DNA from: an uncultured delta proteobacterium
GTDB lineage: Bacteria; Desulfobacterota; BSN033; UBA1163
Direction of reading: 5' to 3'
DNA length: 64,000 nucleotides
Assembly (NCBI GenBank): GCA_963827685.1
Contig: CAWHBU010000006.1
Location: forward strand, 224,001 to 288,000
Positions 51,958 through 62,794 of this stretch are shown here, piece after piece. The position numbers were made by a program, and so were the translations under genes. Each line of letters opens with the position of its first letter. The stretch's first letter is position 1. The notes below the pieces were generated by a model. The model had not been told where the DNA came from and ran no database searches. It saw only the letters and a list, made by a program, of their open reading frames with translations.

Positions 51958-52875
51958 TCAGATTCCTTCTTTGGCAAGCTCCTGGATCAACCCTCTGTTT
52001 TTCTCGGACACTCTTTTGGGGACCTTGACGATCACCTTGACGTACTCGTCCCCTTTGCCTTCCCCTTGAAAATGAGGAAGCCCAAGGCCTTTTAACCGCA
52101 TTTTAGTATGGCTCTGGGTTCCAGGAGGAACCTTGACTTTCTTCATCCCCTCCAGGGTGGGAACTTCGATGGTCGTCCCGAGGACAGCCTCTGAGAAATT
52201 AATTTCTTTCTCCACAGTGAGGTCGTTTCCTTCTCGGCTGAAGATGGGATGCTCCCTGATAGAAACTTGGAGGTAGAGATCGCCCGGAGGACCTCCATTT
52301 CTCCCCTCCATCCCCTTTCCAGAAAGTCTGAGCTTCTTGCCAGAAGGAATCCCTCGTGGAATTTTGACAGAAACCTCCTCAACTTTTCCATTTCTTCGGT
52401 AGGAGATCCTCTTCTCTCCGCCGGAGGCTGCTTCTTCCAAAGAAATGGTCATTTCATAGATGATGTCTTCTCCCCTCTGGGACATCCGACCCATATCCTG
52501 GTAGGCCCCTTGTCCACCGAAAAGGTCTCCGAAATCAAAGCCGCCTCGACCCCCGTATCTGAACTCCCGTCTTCCTCTTCCCCCGAAGAGGTTGGATAAA
52601 ATCTCGTCAAAATCAAATCCCCGGAAGATGTCCTCTTGAGTAAATCGTTGATGGAACCCTTCGGCACCAAAGGTGTCGTATTGTTTTCGTTTCTCTTTAT
52701 CGCTCAGGACCGCATAGGCCTCGTTGATCTCTTTAAAGCGCTCTTCCGCCTCTTTTTTATTGGGATTTCGGTCGGGATGATATTTCATTGCCAGTTTTCG
52801 ATAAGCCCGCTTGAGCTCCTCGTCACTCGCGTTCTTGCCCACGCCCAAAACATTATAATAATCTTTGGCTGCCAT
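51958..52875 (-). CDS. DnaJ-class co-chaperone without zinc finger (CbpA-like)
   Basis: J-domain HPD, G/F-rich linker, DnaJ C-terminal domains, no CxxCxGxG. Confidence 0.93.
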   Translation of the reverse strand: MAAKDYYNVLGVGKNASDEELKRAYRKLAMKYHPDRNPNKKEAEERFKEINEAYAVLSDKEKRKQYDTFGAEGFHQRFTQEDIFRGFDFDEILSNLFGGRGRREFRYGGRGGFDFGDLFGGQGAYQDMGRMSQRGEDIIYEMTISLEEAASGGEKRISYRRNGKVEEVSVKIPRGIPSGKKLRLSGKGMEGRNGGPPGDLYLQVSIREHPIFSREGNDLTVEKEINFSEAVLGTTIEVPTLEGMKKVKVPPGTQSHTKMRLKGLGLPHFQGEGKGDEYVKVIVKVPKRVSEKNRGLIQELAKEGI

Positions 52876-54662
52876 TACTCCTTATCCTCAAGCCTCTGGT
52901 CTGACTGCCGCTTGTAGATCTCGCGGATCATTCGGTTGAGGTGTCCCTCTGGATCGTCGACCGTCTCTTTGGTGATGAGGAACTCTCTTTGACCCGTCTT
53001 ATCGCGGATCAACTCGAATCCATATTCATAATCTTTTGAAAGCCGTGCGAAGAGTGCCGTCCCTTTCCCCTCTTCGTTCAGGATGATCTCTGTGATCCGG
53101 TGAATGGCCTCTTCGTTAAATTCGAGATCAATGCCAGTCCGTCTCTGAAAATCCCTTTCGAACTCCTCCACTTGTCGTTGAATCTCCACCACCTCTTCTG
53201 AAACGGTGTTGACATCATACCCTTTTTCGATCATCCGATTGACGATCAGGTCGATCCTCCCCTCTCGGAAAACAATGCCATAACGTTTCTTAAATTCTGC
53301 CTCTCTGTGCAGAATGGACTCTTTCAAGGCCATCTTCTCACCGGCAAGAAGACCTTCAAATTTTTCCAGCATCTCCGGATTGGAGGGGTCTTGAAGCAAT
53401 CGTTCCAGCTCTCGCCCCGGATCTTCCACCACTGCTTGCGTGACGACAAATTTCTGAATATCCGTGGACGGAAGTCGCTTTTCAAATTTGATGAGAACCT
53501 TCTCGACGGCACTGACCAATCCTCTGGCGCCGATCTTTTCCTCATAAGCCTTCACGGCCAATTCATAAAGGGCTCCGTCTTCAAACTGAATGTCAATCCC
53601 ATAGGATTTGAAATCTTTCTTCTTCCCGAGGGTGATGGGATTGTTCGGATTTTTCAATATCGCATAGAGGTCTTCGATCTCCAGTTTTTCAAAAACGGTA
53701 GCCACCGGAAGCCGTCCGATGAATTCTGACTCGAACCCATAGGCGATCAAATCCTCTGCCTTCACCTGTTTCAGGTATTCAGCCCGTTCGTCCTGCGAAC
53801 GGATCTCCGCGCCAAAACCAATGCCTTCTCGATTCAAACGTTTCTTGATGAGCTCCTCCAAACCGCTGAAGGCTCCACTCATGATGAAGAGGATGTTCTT
53901 GGTATTGATCGTCCGTTTCTCCCTTTTACCCGTCTTCCGGTAATGTTCAATGGCCTCCAGTTGAGAGATTGGGTCATGGGGGACTTTCAGGTCCACCTCT
54001 GTCTCCTCCATCGGTTTGAGCAGAGCCCGCTGAACCCCTGTCCTCGATACATCGGGACCAATGAGGTTATTCGATGAGGCGATCTTATCGATCTCATCCA
54101 CGTAAATGATCCCGTACTGAGCCAGATCCATATCTCCATTGGCTTCGTAGACGAGATCACGAACGAGATCCTCCACATCGCCACCCACATAACCGGTCTC
54201 GCTGAACTTCGTCGCATCCCCTTTCACAAAAGGGACTCCAATCTTCTTGGCAATCAATTTGATTAGATAGGTCTTCCCCACACCGGTGGGACCGACCATC
54301 AGGATATTATTCTTGATATGACCCACCCCTTCGTATCGATTCCGCCCCTTGGTCATTTCGGTGAATTTGATCCGATTGAAATGGGTGCAGATCTTGGTGG
54401 CCAGGATCTCCTTGGCCTCATCCTGCCGAATGATGTAATCATTCAAAAAGGCTTCCAACTCTTCCGGTTTTAGGTCAAAATGAATCTTCTTTTTCCCTTC
54501 GCCCAACTCTTTTTCTTCTTTCGAGACTTCTTCTGTCTGTGGCTTCGGGAAGAGCATGGGTACGACCAGCCGGATTCGGTCTCCGTACTTTTTACCTAAG
54601 TAATCGTTCAATTCCTTTTCCAGCTCTTTCTGATCTGGAACCTTCGAATCAGAATCTTTCAT
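52875..54662 (-). CDS. ClpX-like AAA+ ATPase (no N-terminal Zn finger; C-terminal extension)
   Basis: [50 protein letters not shown]. Confidence 0.88.
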   Translation of the reverse strand: MKDSDSKVPDQKELEKELNDYLGKKYGDRIRLVVPMLFPKPQTEEVSKEEKELGEGKKKIHFDLKPEELEAFLNDYIIRQDEAKEILATKICTHFNRIKFTEMTKGRNRYEGVGHIKNNILMVGPTGVGKTYLIKLIAKKIGVPFVKGDATKFSETGYVGGDVEDLVRDLVYEANGDMDLAQYGIIYVDEIDKIASSNNLIGPDVSRTGVQRALLKPMEETEVDLKVPHDPISQLEAIEHYRKTGKREKRTINTKNILFIMSGAFSGLEELIKKRLNREGIGFGAEIRSQDERAEYLKQVKAEDLIAYGFESEFIGRLPVATVFEKLEIEDLYAILKNPNNPITLGKKKDFKSYGIDIQFEDGALYELAVKAYEEKIGARGLVSAVEKVLIKFEKRLPSTDIQKFVVTQAVVEDPGRELERLLQDPSNPEMLEKFEGLLAGEKMALKESILHREAEFKKRYGIVFREGRIDLIVNRMIEKGYDVNTVSEEVVEIQRQVEEFERDFQRRTGIDLEFNEEAIHRITEIILNEEGKGTALFARLSKDYEYGFELIRDKTGQREFLITKETVDDPEGHLNRMIREIYKRQSDQRLEDKE

Positions 54663-54846
54663 TGAAACTAAACTCCTTTTTTTCAACAGGTACTGAGTTC
54701 AATATAACCATTGCCACTTTTTTTTTCAACTCTTTTCCTCCCATCAACCCTCTTGTTCCTCTTCGCCCTCCCTTCTACACGTAGCGGAGGTATTAATAGA
54801 TCCCACCTTTCGTGAGGAAAATCAATAATCCTCCCCGTTTAGTGTA

Positions 54847-54862
54847 TGCAAATTACTTGCCA
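54847..54862 (-). promoter_or_regulatory. Possible sigma54 promoter upstream of clpX-like/dnaJ
   Basis: Minus strand TGGCAAGTAATTTGCA. A TTGAAA-17-TATATT sigma70-like site also lies at ~54701-54729. Confidence 0.45.
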
Positions 54863-54954
54863 CCCGGCATTAAAAAGGGGATTAGGGAGTCATTTTGCAA
54901 GAAAATTGGCTCGTTTGACTTGCCAGAAGGATTAAATGGAGAAATGAAGGGCGG

Positions 54955-56004
54955 TTAGACAAATTGGACGGATTTCAGTCGGTCTCCGTGCCACACAAAG
55001 CGGCGTCTTTTCCTTTTCCGGTAGACTTTTCCTTCCTGAAGGATGGCACCGACCAACAAGGGAAGAGCGACGGTTGCGTCCATATAGACGGCCGCATAGT
55101 TTGACCCTCGCTCAATCTTCCCCCAAGACTTCGCTTCTTCAAAGGTACAGCCAGAAAGTCCTCCCCACTTCGGGTCATCGGTGGTGATCTGGAAGGCATA
55201 CCGATGGCCGCTCTCTTTTTGGAACAGGAGTTCACTGACAGGTCCCAGTTGTTGAATATAATTCTTGGGGACTCCTCCTCCAATGTAGATCGCCCCGGTG
55301 GCGGAGGCCATTTTCTTCAACTGGGCGATCTCGAAACTGTCCCGAATCTGATCGATGAGGAGTCCTTCTGAGGGAGCTCTCTTTTGAAGGTGGAGAAAGG
55401 TCAGACCTATTCCAATGGAACTGTCGCTCAGGGCGGGAATAAAGACGGGAACCCCATAGCGGGAGGCGGTCTTGAGAATGGATCCCTCATCCTTCTTGAT
55501 GCGGCTCCCCAAAACCTCCAAATATCGCCTTGAGGAAACGACCTTCTCCTCCAACTTTTCCGGAACCTTTGAGAGAAGGTGAATCACCTGATTGATTTCG
55601 TGGTCGTCCATCAAGGCATCATAGACTCGTACGATACGATGTCTCCGCAGGGCATCATCATCGCCTTCCTCGGACCCGACATAATGTCGATATCCAAAGC
55701 TTTCGAAAAGATCATGAAAGATGTTAGCACCGGTGGAGACGACCACATCGATCAATTTCATCTCGATCATCTCCCGGATCACCTTACGCATCCCACCCGG
55801 GATCATCGCCCCAGACAGCCCCATGAAGATGATACAATCCGGATCATCGAGCATCTTTCGAAAGACTTCAAAACATTTAAAGACATTTCGACTTTGAAAA
55901 GAGGTGTGTTGGAAGGCTTTGACAAGATCGAGAAGGCTTTTCGTCGCTTTGAGATCTAAATGCTGAATGGGTTGTTGAAGAAATTTGGATTTCCTTTTTT
56001 TCAT
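54955..56004 (-). CDS. Deoxyhypusine synthase-like protein (bacterial; likely polyamine synthesis)
   Basis: GLSGAM.PGG, STGAN..HD, PALSDSSIG, GGGVPKNY, GGLSGCTFEEAKSWGK. Confidence 0.92.
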   Translation of the reverse strand: MKKRKSKFLQQPIQHLDLKATKSLLDLVKAFQHTSFQSRNVFKCFEVFRKMLDDPDCIIFMGLSGAMIPGGMRKVIREMIEMKLIDVVVSTGANIFHDLFESFGYRHYVGSEEGDDDALRRHRIVRVYDALMDDHEINQVIHLLSKVPEKLEEKVVSSRRYLEVLGSRIKKDEGSILKTASRYGVPVFIPALSDSSIGIGLTFLHLQKRAPSEGLLIDQIRDSFEIAQLKKMASATGAIYIGGGVPKNYIQQLGPVSELLFQKESGHRYAFQITTDDPKWGGLSGCTFEEAKSWGKIERGSNYAAVYMDATVALPLLVGAILQEGKVYRKRKRRRFVWHGDRLKSVQFV

Positions 56005-56175
56005 CTTTATCGTCAGGCGGATGAATTCTTGCGGAAATTATCAAATAAAAACAGAGAAGTCAAGGAAAATGATTCGTCTTTTTGCCCCAAATGGCTTGAC
56101 ATTTGGAATGAAATACGATAATTAGGTTGTTTTGAGAAAGGATGAGGATATTCTTCAGAAAGGTTGAACTCTTAT

Positions 56176-57288
56176 ATGGAAAAAAAGCCAATCCGAATTG
56201 CTGTCGTGGGTGTCGGAAATTGTGCCAGTGCCCTCATCCAAGGGATTGAATTTTACCGAGCCAGTGGCCAGAAGAATCCGAAATTTGAATCCCTTGGCTT
56301 GATGCACCTCGATATCGGAGGCTACAAACCTTGGGATATCGAGGTGGGTGCCGCTTTCGATATCGATCGAAGAAAAGTGGGGAGACCTCTCAAAGAAGCC
56401 ATTTTTGCCAAACCCAATTGCACCAAAATTATTTTTCCGAACCTCAATGATTCTGCCGTGACAGTCTCCATGGGGGAGGTGTTGGACGGGATTTCAGAAC
56501 ATATGAAGGATTACCCTGAAGATCGCGTCTTCCTCGTCGCCAATCAAAAACCATGCGATGTGGAGAAGGTTCTCAAAGATTCTGGAGTGGAAATCCTGAT
56601 GAACTACCTTCCTGTGGGGTCAGATCAAGCAACTCAGTTTTATGCGGAGGCCTGTTTAAATGCAGGGGTGAGTTTAATCAACTGCATCCCCAGTTTCATC
56701 GCCTCCGATCCTCGGTGGGCAAGACGGTTTGAAGAGAAAGGAATTCCGGTGGTCGGAGACGACGTCAAATCCCAAATGGGGGCGACCATCATCCATCGGG
56801 TGTTAGCAAAACTCTTCGAAGATCGAGGGGTGCGTTTGGACCGAACCTATCAGATTAACACAGGCGGGAATACCGACTTCCTCAATATGCTCAATCGACA
56901 TCGTCTGAAAAATAAACGGATTTCCAAGACCGAAGCGATTCAATCCCAGCTCGGTGTTCCATTAGAACCCGAAAATATTCATATCGGTCCCTCCGATTAT
57001 GTTCCATGGCAGAATGACAACAAGGTCTGTTTTCTACGAATGGAAGGACGGGGGTTTGGAGAAGTCCCCCTCAACCTCGAATTGAGACTTTCTGTCGAAG
57101 ATTCTCCCAATAGCGGTGGGATGACCATTGACGCGATCCGATGTTGCCAACTCGCCCGTGAACGAGGAATCGGAGGCCCTCTTCTTTCTATCTCCGCTTA
57201 TGCGATGAAACATCCGATTGTCCAGATCCCTGATAATGAGGCCAAATCCATGGTGGAGGAATTCATTGAAGGGAAGCGGGAACGATAA
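56176..57288 (+). CDS. ino1: Inositol-3-phosphate synthase
   Basis: GVGNCASALIQG, NYLPVGS, GDDVKSQMGAT, GGNTDFLNM, EDSPNS. Confidence 0.95.
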   Translation: MEKKPIRIAVVGVGNCASALIQGIEFYRASGQKNPKFESLGLMHLDIGGYKPWDIEVGAAFDIDRRKVGRPLKEAIFAKPNCTKIIFPNLNDSAVTVSMGEVLDGISEHMKDYPEDRVFLVANQKPCDVEKVLKDSGVEILMNYLPVGSDQATQFYAEACLNAGVSLINCIPSFIASDPRWARRFEEKGIPVVGDDVKSQMGATIIHRVLAKLFEDRGVRLDRTYQINTGGNTDFLNMLNRHRLKNKRISKTEAIQSQLGVPLEPENIHIGPSDYVPWQNDNKVCFLRMEGRGFGEVPLNLELRLSVEDSPNSGGMTIDAIRCCQLARERGIGGPLLSISAYAMKHPIVQIPDNEAKSMVEEFIEGKRER

Positions 57289-57407
57289 TCATTTCAGATT
57301 TTAGATGGCAGATTTTGGCATTGAGAAGTCAGGAACCAGAATCCAGAACAAAAGATTACTTAACCTTGTACCTTAGGCCACGATCAGAACGAGTAGGAAT
57401 TGTCCTT

Positions 57408-58481
57408 TCATTCTGACTTCCGACTCCTGGATTCTGGATTCTCAATTGCGGATTGGAAGACTACCTTATCTCCCGAAGCCTGGATGGTCTTGAGATACTC
57501 TACAACCCTTCTGATATCCCTTCCGTATTGCTCATAAAGGGCTTGAAATTTTTCGAGGCGATGAATATATCGACGATAGGCCAATAGCACCGCGTTATTG
57601 ATGTCCACTTTTTCGAAATTTTTGTAACCCTCTGTTTTAAAGGATGCCATCTTTCCCCTAAAGTCTTCTTTTAAACGCTGAAAGAATTCTTCTCTCCCTC
57701 TTAATTTCTCATCCCTTGAAATCTCTCTCGAATAGAAATGGGATAGCTGCTGACAGGCCTGATCGATCCATTGAGAAAAAAGGAGGTCATCCTCTTGGCA
57801 GTGAATTGCCTCCGCCACTTCCTTGGATCCTTTCCCATGCTTCTCGATCAAAAAATCGATGGCCCCCTGATTCCCCACAAAAGTGGCTATCTGCTCATTG
57901 AAGTCGGTCTGGCCTTTAAAATAGATCGTGGCATGGGTCATCTCATGGAGGATGAGATTGGCGAGGGTGGCCTCATCCCATTTAAGCATGGACGAAAAGA
58001 TGGGGTCTTTCAGCCATCCGAGCGTGCTGTAGGCTCCGGCTTTCTGGATAAACGTGTCGTACCCCTTCGTTTCGAGAAATCGTTTCTCCTTGAGAACACC
58101 TTCTTTCGTAAAAAAGCTCTTATAGGTCACCTTGCCGGTGATGGGAAAGTTCCAATGATAGAGTTGGAGGCGATCCTTTTCGGAGGCGGTGATGACATGG
58201 AGAACAGGGCCCTCGACTTCGAAATATTTTGAATAACTTTCAGTTTTCGTGAGACCCAACTTCTCCTCTCCATAGTGCTTCACCTCTTGGATGAAACGAA
58301 TTTTTTCTTTGGCTTCGTGGCCCACCCCTTCGTCCTCCAAAACCTCTTGAACCGGGATACTATGAAAAGTAATGGAAGATTGATACCATCCCAGTTTGGA
58401 GAGATAGAACAGGTTCCCACAGCCTGTCAAAGAAAGGGATATGAATATGAGTAATAAGAAACTCGCCAAGGTTTTGATCAT
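57408..58481 (-). CDS. Predicted zinc aminopeptidase lipoprotein
   Basis: Lipobox LTGC, AYSTLGW..DP, HEMTH, FNE..ATFVG. Confidence 0.88.
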   Translation of the reverse strand: MIKTLASFLLLIFISLSLTGCGNLFYLSKLGWYQSSITFHSIPVQEVLEDEGVGHEAKEKIRFIQEVKHYGEEKLGLTKTESYSKYFEVEGPVLHVITASEKDRLQLYHWNFPITGKVTYKSFFTKEGVLKEKRFLETKGYDTFIQKAGAYSTLGWLKDPIFSSMLKWDEATLANLILHEMTHATIYFKGQTDFNEQIATFVGNQGAIDFLIEKHGKGSKEVAEAIHCQEDDLLFSQWIDQACQQLSHFYSREISRDEKLRGREEFFQRLKEDFRGKMASFKTEGYKNFEKVDINNAVLLAYRRYIHRLEKFQALYEQYGRDIRRVVEYLKTIQASGDKVVFQSAIENPESRSRKSE

Positions 58482-58552
58482 GAATCTTTCTTACAATATT
58501 CTTCGGTGGGAATCAAAGGTTTCTGATACTTTCCCCTCTTCTTAACATCCCC

Positions 58553-58852
58553 TTGGTTTTGGAGTATGCTGATAAGAATGCCATCCATGACGTGTCATTG
58601 CGAGGAGCGAAGCCCTGCACCGTCCTGAACCAGCACGGTTCGGGGCACCGCATGGTGTCCAGCGCGAAGCGACAAAGGATTTATGACTCTCAAGAGATTG
58701 CAGCAACCATGCCTGTCCCAGAAAAAGAGCTGGCAAAAGTGGTCATGGTGAAAGCAGATGGGAAGATGGTCATGTGGGTCCTGTCTGTCAGTGATCAAGT
58801 CGAAACCAAGAACCTAAATAAAGCTCCTGAGGGTTCGAGTCGGCTTTTTTGA
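58553..58852 (+). pseudogene. YbaK/ProX tRNA-editing protein fragment interrupted by a palindromic repeat
   Basis: SQEIAA.MPVP.KELAKVVMVKADGKMVM.VL; no convincing start, truncated C-terminus, repeat sequence from 58592. Confidence 0.6.
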
Positions 58853-58917
58853 GGGTTTCTTCTGAAATTGCCACTTCCTGTTTTTCTCTCTTCTTCCTTA
58901 TTATCCCCTCTTGCGCC

Positions 58918-59403
58918 CTAATGATATTTCCATATCACCGAGAGAAGGTAACGTCCCAAAGACATCGTTTCTACTCTCAATTGAATCCGGTCTCCTCTCT
59001 CTCCGATCTCGCTCAGGTAGATCTTCCTGTCCCTGACAATCAACCCCTGTCCCTCACCTATGCCCCACTTAAAATAGATGGCCCCCAGCCTCTGATCCAT
59101 CGGATGGAACCCCTTCATATCCTCAAACCCATAGTATTCCATAACCGCGGGGCTTTTCGTCCTCACCCCTTTTAGGACAATAGCCTCTCCCTCAGCCTGA
59201 AACTCCTCCACAACAGGCTCCTTATAAATCGAGTGAATATAGAATACCGAAAATGGTTCAGTCGGACTGATCCTGATACGGATCGTCTGTGGATGATCCA
59301 TGTTCTCAATATGAAGGACTGTTACCTTCTTCAAAAGCAACACCCCTCCTGCGATGACCAAAAGGCCGATCAATATCAGGAGGGACCAGGTCTTCTGTCT
59401 CAA
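58918..59403 (-). CDS. DUF1850 protein (TAXI-TRAP accessory)
   Basis: FSVFYIHSIYKEPVVEEF; lies directly after the TAXI gene. Confidence 0.75.
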   Translation of the reverse strand: MRQKTWSLLILIGLLVIAGGVLLLKKVTVLHIENMDHPQTIRIRISPTEPFSVFYIHSIYKEPVVEEFQAEGEAIVLKGVRTKSPAVMEYYGFEDMKGFHPMDQRLGAIYFKWGIGEGQGLIVRDRKIYLSEIGERGDRIQLRVETMSLGRYLLSVIWKYH

Positions 59404-60371
59404 TTACTTAATCTTAAGTCCTTTCTCTGTGAAATATTGAATTGCCCCTGGATGGAACGGAATCGGAGAACCCCCACCCGCCTGGGACTCCAAAGATAAG
59501 TTGTTTGCCTCTCTATGAAAGGCCACTAACTCCGATTTATGATCGAACAGAGTCTTCACGATATCATAGACCACATCCTCTTTCATATTCTCGCGACAAA
59601 CCAGGAGATTCCAAACGACAGCAATCGGAATGTCCGCATTCTGTCGGGGATAGGTTTTGGCAGGAATCACTCCTTTTACATAGAGAGGCCCGTAATTTTC
59701 CCTCATCTTGGGAACCACATCCGCATGGCCAATGAGTTTCATTTTAAGCCCAGGGGTGACTCCTAAATCGGTTACCGCTGCAGTAGGAAGGCCCCCCACC
59801 CAGAAGAAGGCATCGATCTTCCTATCCTTTCCTTTAAGGCACTGGCTGATTCAGAAACACTCAAATTATCCCTCGTCATATTCTTATTCGGGTCCAGTCC
59901 ATAAGCCTCAATAACCCTCAGGGCCATCACCTCGGTCCCGCTTCCCGGAGCTCCTGTTGAAACCCTTTTCCTCTTCAGATCCGTGACCTTTTCAATCCCC
60001 TTGCTCTCAATCGTCACAATATGCATATTATTCGGATAGAGAACCGCTATGGTCCTCAGGGGGATTTTCCCCTTAAATCTTTCTCTCCCCCTATAGGCAT
60101 CCCATCCTATATCTGCCATAATGAGCGCCAAGTCTTCCTTTCCCTTGCCTACCAGGAGGCAACTATCCACCGAGGCAGTGGTGACCTCTGCTGTTGCTCC
60201 TAAATAAGGGATGTATTGAGATAGGATATTGGCTATTCCGCTGCCCATCGGATAATAGACACCTCCTGTAGCACCGGTGGCGATGGACAACTTCACTGTT
60301 TTTTGAGCATAGACTGAAGAGACGCTGAAAACCAAAAAGAAGATAATTCCCAGTACCCTTAGTCGTCTCAT
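59404..60371 (-). pseudogene. TAXI-family TRAP solute-binding protein, frameshifted
   Basis: ATGATGGVYYPMG, STGAPGSGTE, IPFHPGA. A 5-bp tandem duplication (AAAGG, 59826-59835) breaks LKDRKIDAFFWVGGLP. Confidence 0.88.
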
Positions 60372-60665
60372 CAAAAACCTCCTTCCAAAAATGATGAACG
60401 TTTCACATTAATATTAAACCAACTTCTCGTTCTCAACAAGAAGTTCCAAAAAAAACCGGATAAGAGGGATGTTTCGGTTTCACGCGGACCTCTTCCTTTT
60501 CATGCCTGCCAAGGAGATAAAGGACGCCTATCTCATTTTTAGTAGTGATGGGCATATTACTAAATGTCAAAGTTCCAAGTTCAAATGAAATCCAAAGTTC
60601 AAATCACAAAAGAAAGAAGGAAGAGCTTTTGACATTGAGTCATTCGGTATTCATTTGATATTTGC

Positions 60666-62303
60666 CTACCTGCCAGCAGGCAGGGATTTTGAGATTTGGG
60701 CTTTCTCCATATGCGTTATCTGAAGTTCTCCCTTTTCAAGGCGGTAGCAGGTATTTTTCAACCAATTCTGGTCATCCTGATCCGGAAAGTCCTTCCGAAA
60801 GAAGGAACCCCTGCTTTCTCTCCGAAGCAAACTCCCCTCTAAAATGGCTCTGAGAAGGAGCGCCACATTTTCTAGATCTCTTCTTTTAAAAAGATCTTTT
60901 AAGGTCGCAGGATAAACCTCCTCGATTCTTTTCTCAATAGAAGCCAACCGATCCAACCCCTCTTTCAAGGACTCTCCCTCCCGAACAGGACCGGCATATC
61001 TCCAGGCCAAATCTTTTAACTCCTTAAGCAGGTCTCTGGGTCGGTCAAAGGTTCCTCTTCTTTTTCTGAGATAGGATCGAACCTTTCGGTCCCATTTTTT
61101 GATAAAGTTTTCAGAGAAAAGATTGAATCCTCCCTGCTTCTGTTCTTTCTGGCGGACATATTCGGCTGCCGACTGACCTCCAATGGCTCCAAACACTGCA
61201 CATTCCGTCAGTGCATTCCCTCCCAGTCGATTGGCACCATGAATCCCCCAGACGACCTCCCCTGCCGCAAAGAGACCCGGGAGAGACGTTCTGCCGTTTT
61301 CATCGATCTCCAGCCCTCCCATAAAGAAATGGACTGCCGGGGAGACCAGAAAGGGTCTATCATGGAAAGGAAACTTCGATTTCTTGAGAAAGTTAAGGGG
61401 ATAATGCTCCCATTTTTCTCGTGGAACTTGTGTCAGATCAAAAAAAACATCCCCATTCTGCGAGGCATGGTAGAGGGCAATGGAGAGGCGATCTCTTTGG
61501 ACATTAATGGCTTGGTTTAGGTCTCCGTGAAGGTCAAATTTCTCTAAAAGATCCTCCCCTTTCTCATCGAACAACCTGACTTCACTTGGATAGGGAGGAT
61601 AAAGGAGAAAAGAAGAGAGCCTTGGCTCTCCCAAAACAAAGGGATAAAATTGGACAAATTCTAAATCAATGAGGGGAAGACCTGCCCGAAGGGCTAAGGC
61701 GTATCCATCTCCGAGGATGCTTCTCTGATTGTCATTTCTGCGATAAATCGCCCCTGCTCCACCGGTTGATAGAATAGCCGCTCTTGATTGAACCAAACAG
61801 GATTTACCGTCTCTTAAAAATCCAAAGGCCCCCCGAACTTCACCCTCTTCGATCACCAAATCAAAAATGACTAAACCTGGGAAAATTTTGATGGAACTGT
61901 TCCTCAGTCGTTCTACGAGGGGTTTGATTAAGAGGACTCCAGGCAGTTGGGAGGAACCCTCCGGCCGATCCACGATATATCCTATCCCTTTATCAAGGAT
62001 TGGGGCTCCATAGTCTCTCAATTTTCTTATGGTATCCGGAGCTTTTTCGATAAGGGTCTTCACCAGTCCGACCTGGTTCAATCCCTTTCCAGATTCTAAG
62101 GTCGCCTGGAGATGACCTTCTTTCGAAAAACGGGAGTTCGCAGCCGTGAAGGCACCATTGGCCAATGAGGTATTGGTCCCCATCCCAATGGCAAATTTTC
62201 CCACAAGGAGAACACGAAGACCGGCCCTCTCCGCTTCCAAAGCAGAAAACAGGCCGGCCAGGCCGCTACCAATCACAAGAATGTCGGTGCTGAGTTCTTC
62301 CAT
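60666..62303 (-). CDS. FAD-dependent oxidoreductase, SdhA/FrdA/NadB flavoprotein family
   Basis: IGSGLAG, STGG.G, EFVQFYP, HFFMGG, AAGEV..GIHGANRLGGNAL, RESRG. Confidence 0.9.
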   Translation of the reverse strand: MEELSTDILVIGSGLAGLFSALEAERAGLRVLLVGKFAIGMGTNTSLANGAFTAANSRFSKEGHLQATLESGKGLNQVGLVKTLIEKAPDTIRKLRDYGAPILDKGIGYIVDRPEGSSQLPGVLLIKPLVERLRNSSIKIFPGLVIFDLVIEEGEVRGAFGFLRDGKSCLVQSRAAILSTGGAGAIYRRNDNQRSILGDGYALALRAGLPLIDLEFVQFYPFVLGEPRLSSFLLYPPYPSEVRLFDEKGEDLLEKFDLHGDLNQAINVQRDRLSIALYHASQNGDVFFDLTQVPREKWEHYPLNFLKKSKFPFHDRPFLVSPAVHFFMGGLEIDENGRTSLPGLFAAGEVVWGIHGANRLGGNALTECAVFGAIGGQSAAEYVRQKEQKQGGFNLFSENFIKKWDRKVRSYLRKRRGTFDRPRDLLKELKDLAWRYAGPVREGESLKEGLDRLASIEKRIEEVYPATLKDLFKRRDLENVALLLRAILEGSLLRRESRGSFFRKDFPDQDDQNWLKNTCYRLEKGELQITHMEKAQISKSLPAGR

Positions 62304-62345
62304 AGGGAGACCTGCTGACCGCAGGCCGCTGCGATAGACAAAAAT

Positions 62346-62531
62346 CTAAGCCCTTTTCTTAGGCCTCATGGGTTTTTCACAGCAGACGATGTCGCAATAA
62401 TCGACGCATCCGCAGATCTCGTCCACGGTGACCGCCAGACCGCAAACGCTGCATTTATATACATCTCCCTTCTTCACACCCTTTTTTGCCACCTTCTTTA
62501 TCACCTTTTTTGCTGCCTTCTTTACTGCCAT
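62346..62531 (-). CDS. Small Cys-rich desulforedoxin-like protein with a Lys-rich N-terminus
   Basis: YKCSVCG...CGCVDYCDIVCCEKPM; RBS AGGAGG. Confidence 0.78.
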   Translation of the reverse strand: MAVKKAAKKVIKKVAKKGVKKGDVYKCSVCGLAVTVDEICGCVDYCDIVCCEKPMRPKKRA

Positions 62532-62615
62532 GGTTTCCTCCTTTCATCCTCTCTCTTTCATCCAAAATCTGTCTTATTACCTCGAGCACAATATCGTTTG
62601 CGTGAGCCCCCATTC

Positions 62616-62694
62616 GGTCATTGCGAGGAGCCCTTAGCGACGAAGCAATCCCAAGCTAACAACGAGATTGCCACACCCTTCGGGCTCGCAACGA
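62616..62694. repeat. RPE/REP-like palindrome
   Basis: GTCATTGCGAGGAGCCC...AAGCAATC...GAGATTGCCAC...GGGCTCGCAACGAC. Confidence 0.72.
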
Positions 62695-62794
62695 CAACCT
62701 TTTTAAAATTGAAGCGTAAACTATTTCATTCTCCCGTTAATAAACCGGAAGGCTTTGTTCAGAGCGTTTCTCACTCCATTCTTTTCAGGCACTT

